Below, piece after piece: positions 59,647 to 64,000 of a DNA stretch of 64,000 nucleotides. This DNA is from Actinomycetota bacterium. Its GTDB lineage: Bacteria > Actinomycetota > Acidimicrobiia > Acidimicrobiales > Acidimicrobilacustridaceae. Where the stretch lies: the NCBI GenBank assembly GCA_005787345.1, contig SYBH01000145.1, positions 3,891 to 67,890 of the forward strand, in the 5' to 3' direction. The notes beneath the pieces are model-generated. The model did no database searches and was not told where the DNA came from. It worked only from the letters and a program-made list of their open reading frames with translations. The position numbers and the translations under genes are program-made. Positions within the stretch are counted from its first letter, which is position 1. Each line of letters begins with the position of its first letter.

Positions 59647-59721
59647 CCCTTGAGGATAGGGGCGGACGTCGCGAAACCGCCGGTCGGGGGAGTTCGCCTG
59701 ATGGTGATTGACGGGGGGCCA

Positions 59722-59856
59722 CCTGTGTGGTGGGGTGGGGGGACAACTTGACCCACCGCAGTAGGGGAAGCCGGTCCGATTCCGGCGCTGACCCGCAACC
59801 GTAGGTGGCCTCCGGAGAGATTCTTCGGGCGGCCACGAGCCGGACTGCCTACTCGG
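59722..59856 (+). ncRNA. Cobalamin riboswitch
   Basis: Core GTAGGGGAAGCCGGT-CCGATT-CCGGCGCTGACCCGCAACCGT...GAGCCGGACTGCCTAC, with GTAGG/CCTAC closing stem; upstream of an ECF operon. The 5' boundary is approximate. Confidence 0.88.
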
Positions 59857-60005
59857 GGGGAATTGCTCCATCATGAAACCGTCGTCGGATTACGGGAGGT
59901 GGGGCTCGGTTCGGTCGGCGGCCTTGGTCCGTGGTCCGGTCGGGTCTCGCACCCTTTCCGGCACCAACACACCCGGCACCAACAACCAACGAGTGGCCCC
60001 GCACC

Positions 60006-60878
60006 GTGAACCATCAGCTTCCATCGATCGCAACCAAGCGCTTGCATCAGAAGCGCGCGCTTCGGGCGCTGGCCGTTGTGCTTTTGGGTGTCGTCGTTTC
60101 TGCAAGCGTGCTGGTTGGTCTTACTGATACTGCAAGCGCTTCAAGTTGTTCTGGTCCGATAAGCGAGGGCGAAATTCGGGTTGTGCTTGTTGTTGACTCG
60201 TCTGAACTTGGAGGAAGTTCCTCTGCGACGTGTCTTGTCGTGCCCGCTGGTACCAATGGCGTTCAGCTTTTGGCGCGACGAGGGACTGAACTCGGAACTG
60301 GGTCGCCTCGGTACGGATCGAGTGGTTTGTTATGTGCAATCGATGGCTTGCCCGCCGATAAAAAGGTGTGCGGCGAACAAAATTCAGACGGGTTTAGCTA
60401 CTGGGCGTATTTTTTCGATGATGGCGGCAAATGGGCCTACGGAAGCAACAACCCATTTTCGAAGCGGCTCACTGACGGAGCCATCGAGGGGTGGAGATTT
60501 GTCGTAGGCGGATGTGGTTGCGGTCTAGACCCGTCGCCACGCATAGGACCATCTCGTTCATTGTTCCCGGCGCTTGCTCCAGCACTTCCACCGGCACCTC
60601 CCCCCGAACTTCCCCCGCTTCCCGAACCCCCGTCTGTTTCCGTACCGATTCCGCAGAGTTCTGGCGATGCAAACCTTGAGCAGGGAGTTGGAGCAGCAGA
60701 GACAGGGTCATTGACGGTTACAACGACTGCCGAGGCTGTCGTTGTCGGTGAGGTCGCACTCGCATCATCGAACTCAACGGGCTCCAATGCCGGACGATGG
60801 GTCGGAATCGCAGCAGTGTTTATTCTCATCGGGTTTATGGCGGGCGGAGCGTGGGTTCAGACGCGCAGGTCACGATGA
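60006..60878 (+). CDS. Secreted, C-terminally anchored Cys-containing protein (DUF4430/transcobalamin-beta-like, putative B12 capture)
   Basis: Signal peptide ending ASA; LLCAIDG...YWAYF..DGGKWAYG...LTDGAIEGWRF; Pro-rich linker; C-terminal TM plus RRSR. Start uncertain. Confidence 0.65.
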   Translation: MNHQLPSIATKRLHQKRALRALAVVLLGVVVSASVLVGLTDTASASSCSGPISEGEIRVVLVVDSSELGGSSSATCLVVPAGTNGVQLLARRGTELGTGSPRYGSSGLLCAIDGLPADKKVCGEQNSDGFSYWAYFFDDGGKWAYGSNNPFSKRLTDGAIEGWRFVVGGCGCGLDPSPRIGPSRSLFPALAPALPPAPPPELPPLPEPPSVSVPIPQSSGDANLEQGVGAAETGSLTVTTTAEAVVVGEVALASSNSTGSNAGRWVGIAAVFILIGFMAGGAWVQTRRSR

Positions 60879-61975
60879 CGGGGCCACGACTTCTCCATCC
60901 AGGTGCGTGGTGGCTGTGGGCGGTTGCGTTGTCGGCGTGTGCGTTGCGCACAACGAATCCAGTTCTCCTCTGTCTCATCATTGCTGTCTCTGGTTGGGTG
61001 GTTGTTTCTCGGCGCGCTGACGTCCCATGGTCCCGATCATTTGCAAGCTTTTTGCGACTCGGAATGATCGTGATTGCTGTGCGCATCGTTTTTCAGATCT
61101 TTTTTGGTGTTCGTATTCCGGGAACCACACTGTTCACAATCCCGGAGGTAACGCTTCCAGATTGGGCTGCGGGAGTCAGTCTCGGTGGCCCCGTCACTCT
61201 TGAATCTTTGATGGCCGCGTTCTACCAAGGCCTTCGGCTCGCGGCGGTGCTGGCGTGCTTTGGTGCAGCAACATCGTTGTGCAGTCCGTATCGGATGCTT
61301 CGCGCGCTTCCGACGGTCCTCTACGAAGCCGGCGTTGCTGTCACAATCGCATTCACATTTGCCCCGCAAGCGATTGTGGCATCGCGTCAGGTTCGCGAAG
61401 CCCGTCGACTCCGTGGTCGATCTGATCGGGGAGTCCGTGCTTGGAGCGCGTCGGCGATGCCTGTACTTGAAGGTGCACTTGATCGTGCCGTTGCGCTTGC
61501 CGCGTCGATGGATAGCCGCGGGTACGGAAGACGTGGTTCGAGTTCGGTCACAGTTCGTCGTCGTTCCGTCGGGCTGGTGTTGCTGGGACTCCTAGCAATT
61601 GCCGTTGGCTCCTATGGGCTTCTCGATCCGAGCGCACCTGCACTGTTTCGTATCCCAGCACTCGGTCTAGGTGCAGCGGCGCTCATCGGTGCGCTCGTCG
61701 CCGGCGGTAAATCGACCACGAGAACTCGGTATCGCCCAGACCCATGGATCGGGCCTGAGTGGATGGTTTCGCTTGCTGGGGTTGTTGCGTTTGGATCGTT
61801 CGTTCTTGTTGGACGAATGAGCGATGCTCTGAGCCCCTCGACGAATCCGCTCGAGGTTCCTGTGGTTCCATTCGTCGCCGTGATTGGGCTTCTCGTCGCA
61901 GCGCTTCCCGCGTGGTTTGCTCCGCATCCGCCGACCCTCGCCTCAGCATCTTCACCGATGGTGGTGGCGGCATGA
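60875..61975 (+). CDS. ecfT: ECF transporter transmembrane component T
   Basis: LHPGAWW, ARRLRG and SMDSRGYG Arg motifs; extra C-terminal TMs. Confidence 0.9.
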   Translation: MTGPRLLHPGAWWLWAVALSACALRTTNPVLLCLIIAVSGWVVVSRRADVPWSRSFASFLRLGMIVIAVRIVFQIFFGVRIPGTTLFTIPEVTLPDWAAGVSLGGPVTLESLMAAFYQGLRLAAVLACFGAATSLCSPYRMLRALPTVLYEAGVAVTIAFTFAPQAIVASRQVREARRLRGRSDRGVRAWSASAMPVLEGALDRAVALAASMDSRGYGRRGSSSVTVRRRSVGLVLLGLLAIAVGSYGLLDPSAPALFRIPALGLGAAALIGALVAGGKSTTRTRYRPDPWIGPEWMVSLAGVVAFGSFVLVGRMSDALSPSTNPLEVPVVPFVAVIGLLVAALPAWFAPHPPTLASASSPMVVAA

Positions 61976-63606
61976 TCCGGTTTGAGCACGTCACGATTAC
62001 CTATCCCGAAGCAACTACTCCCACGTTGGTCGATGTTTCGTTCGAAGTTCCCGAAGGCGAACTTTGCCTAGTTGTTGGAGTGACCGGCTCCGGCAAGTCG
62101 ACGTTGCTTCGTGCAGTCAATGGATTAGTGCCACGGTTTTCGGGCGGAATCCTTGCCGGCTCGGTTGTCATCGATGGTCGAACAACTTCGGACGTTGCTC
62201 CGCGTGATCTTGCCGATGTCGTTGGTGTCGTGGGTCAAGATCCGGCTGCCGGTTTCGTGACCGACTTCGTTGAAGATGAATTGGCCTACGCAATGGAGAA
62301 CCTCGGTGTTGCACCGGATGTGATGCGCCGACGGGTTGAAGACATTCTCGATTTGCTTGGTTTGCACGAACTTCGCCATCGTCCGCTTGCCTCGCTTTCT
62401 GGTGGTCAGCAGCAACGGGTTGCTATTGGTTCGGTGCTCACCGCGGGGCCGCGAGTTCTCGTACTTGATGAGCCAACCTCAGCGCTTGATCCAGCTGCAG
62501 CGGAGGAAGTTCTTGCCGCCCTGACGCGGTTAGTCCATGACCTCGGCATCACAGTGTTGATCGCGGAGCATCGACTCGAACGCGTTGTTCAGTACGCAGA
62601 TCGCATCGTCATGGTGCCTGGTGACGGACGCCCGATTGTCGTCGGAACTCCGGCTGAAGTGTTTGGCGGATCAGTCGTGGCCCCTCCCGTAGTTGAACTT
62701 GGACGTCTTGCCGGTTGGTCTCCACTTCCGCTTTCGGTTCGAGATGCACGGCGAGTCGCTGGCCCACTTCGCGATCAACTCGCATCAATCGATACGGAGG
62801 TCTTCAGTAGGAAGGCCCGATCGCTTGGTGACGTCGTCGCGACAACCGACGGCTTACAGGCCTCCTATGGTCCCATCACCGCGCTTCGAGGAGTTGATCT
62901 CGAGTTTCGAGCAGGTGAAGTGGTTGCGCTCATGGGTCGCAACGGTGCGGGCAAGTCAACGCTGCTCAATCATCTTGTGGGATTACGAGAGCCCGTCTCA
63001 GGGGTCGTGCAGGTCATGGGTTCGGTGCCTCACCGTCTCTCGGCCCGCGACGTCGTTCGGGTGGCTGGATTAGTTCCGCAAGACAGCGGTGTATTGCTTT
63101 ACCACGACACGGTTGCGGCGGAATGCAACGCATCGGACCGAGATGCGGGTTTGCTGCACGGAACCACTCGGATTGTGCTTGATCGCGTTGTCCCCGGAGT
63201 TGACGCGTCGACCCATCCCCGTGATTTATCGGAAGGGCAACGTCTCGGTCTCGCGCTCTCAATCGTGTTGGCCTCGGAGCCACCACTGCTGTTGCTCGAT
63301 GAACCCACTCGTGGACTCGATTACGGAGCCAAACAACGGTTAGTTGAAGTTCTTGCGCAACTGGCCGCCGACGGGCATGCAGTAGTCATTGCAACCCACG
63401 ATGTTGAGGTAGTTGCGGCTGTTGCGGATCGGTGCATTGTTCTCGCCGAAGGCGAAGTCGTCGCTGATGGCCCTGCTCGCGATGTCGTCGTGCATTCGCC
63501 AGTGTTTGCACCGCAGGTGGCGAAGGTTCTCGCTCCACTTGCGCTTTTGACAGTGAACGAGGTTCAGCTGGCGCTTGCTGCCGCAAGCGATAGTTCCTAC
63601 TCATGA
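61972..63606 (+). CDS. ECF transporter duplicated ATPase
   Basis: GVTGSGKST/LSGGQQQR/DEPT and GRNGAGKST/LSEGQR/DEPT. Confidence 0.93.
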   Translation: MIRFEHVTITYPEATTPTLVDVSFEVPEGELCLVVGVTGSGKSTLLRAVNGLVPRFSGGILAGSVVIDGRTTSDVAPRDLADVVGVVGQDPAAGFVTDFVEDELAYAMENLGVAPDVMRRRVEDILDLLGLHELRHRPLASLSGGQQQRVAIGSVLTAGPRVLVLDEPTSALDPAAAEEVLAALTRLVHDLGITVLIAEHRLERVVQYADRIVMVPGDGRPIVVGTPAEVFGGSVVAPPVVELGRLAGWSPLPLSVRDARRVAGPLRDQLASIDTEVFSRKARSLGDVVATTDGLQASYGPITALRGVDLEFRAGEVVALMGRNGAGKSTLLNHLVGLREPVSGVVQVMGSVPHRLSARDVVRVAGLVPQDSGVLLYHDTVAAECNASDRDAGLLHGTTRIVLDRVVPGVDASTHPRDLSEGQRLGLALSIVLASEPPLLLLDEPTRGLDYGAKQRLVEVLAQLAADGHAVVIATHDVEVVAAVADRCIVLAEGEVVADGPARDVVVHSPVFAPQVAKVLAPLALLTVNEVQLALAAASDSSYS

Positions 63607-64000
63607 CTGTCGCATCACCATCTCGGGTTGATGCAGTCCGTCTCGGACTCACCTCCTGGGTGTTATTGATCGCGGCATTTGCGCTTGGGATCGTTGCGTT
63701 TGGTTGGCCGTTGTTTGCCTCTGCGAGTTCTTCACTTGATTCTTCGCATAGCAGCGATGCGCCTTGGATCTTTGTCATCCTCATTCCGCTATTGATTGGG
63801 GTCATCCTTGCGGAATTAGCCGATGGTTCTCTTGACGCGAAATCGGTAGCCCTGCTCGGAGTCCTCGCTGCGAGCGGAGCAGTGCTTCGATTGCCGAGCG
63901 GCGGTGTCGCTGGATTTGAACCGGTCTTTTTTTTGTTGATTCCAGCAGGACGTGTTTTCGGTCGCGGATTTGGTTTTGTGCTTGGGGCTCTCACGCTCTT
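63603..64000 (+). CDS. ECF transporter S component (CbrT-like; runs off the window edge)
   Basis: Manual translation: MTVASPSRV...LDAKSVALLGVLAASGAVLR...GFEPVFFLLIPAGRVFGRGFGFVLGALTL; ATGA overlap with the ATPase gene. Confidence 0.85.
   Translation, partial: MTVASPSRVDAVRLGLTSWVLLIAAFALGIVAFGWPLFASASSSLDSSHSSDAPWIFVILIPLLIGVILAELADGSLDAKSVALLGVLAASGAVLRLPSGGVAGFEPVFFLLIPAGRVFGRGFGFVLGALTL

Noticed and set aside
59685-59742. G-runs suggesting a G-quadruplex
   Set aside because: The downstream G-runs pair with ACCCACC as a riboswitch stem, and the loop spacing fits G4 poorly.
59647-60127. ORF 59873..60127 and the N-terminal extension of the mpaB track ORF to 59874
   Set aside because: Both cross the riboswitch and its platform; mpaB has a -10 box 6 nt before ATG 59646.
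1-64000. CRISPR arrays, tRNA/rRNA/SRP RNA, IS elements, prophage or defence genes
   Set aside because: No repeat-spacer periodicity, RNA gene signature or transposase, integrase or defence motifs seen by eye; intergenic gaps are short. A covariance-model scan would be needed to exclude small RNAs.

Overview
A 64-kb stretch of high-GC actinobacterial chromosome, probably Acidimicrobiia (inferred from plsX-acpP together with sepIVA, DUF2469, murT-gatD and mycothiol-type redox genes). Most of it is the conserved core block rpmB / DAK2-recG-rsmD-coaD-sepIVA-yceD-rpmF-plsX-acpP-rnc-mutM-smc ... ftsY-ffh-rpsP-khpA-rimM-trmD-rplS-DUF2469-yraN. It is flanked by uvrD2, galTK, map, pckG and many catabolic, redox and envelope genes. 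I saw no rRNA, tRNA, CRISPR array, transposase, integrase or prophage. Best leads: (1) a cobalamin riboswitch heading an ECF transporter operon whose first gene is a membrane-tethered, possibly transcobalamin/DUF4430-like capture protein; (2) pervasive leaderless promoters, including a bidirectional one whose two -10 boxes share a TA; (3) a structured pckG leader that hides the Shine-Dalgarno; (4) small odd proteins tied to core genes (SEC-C-MetAP plus a tail-tube-like partner, LysW-like zinc ribbon, aromatic-less cold-shock domain, MhuD with GGHP repeats); (5) a MoxR / two-component / HtrA block inserted between smc and ftsY. All family calls come from motif recognition by eye; no searches were run.
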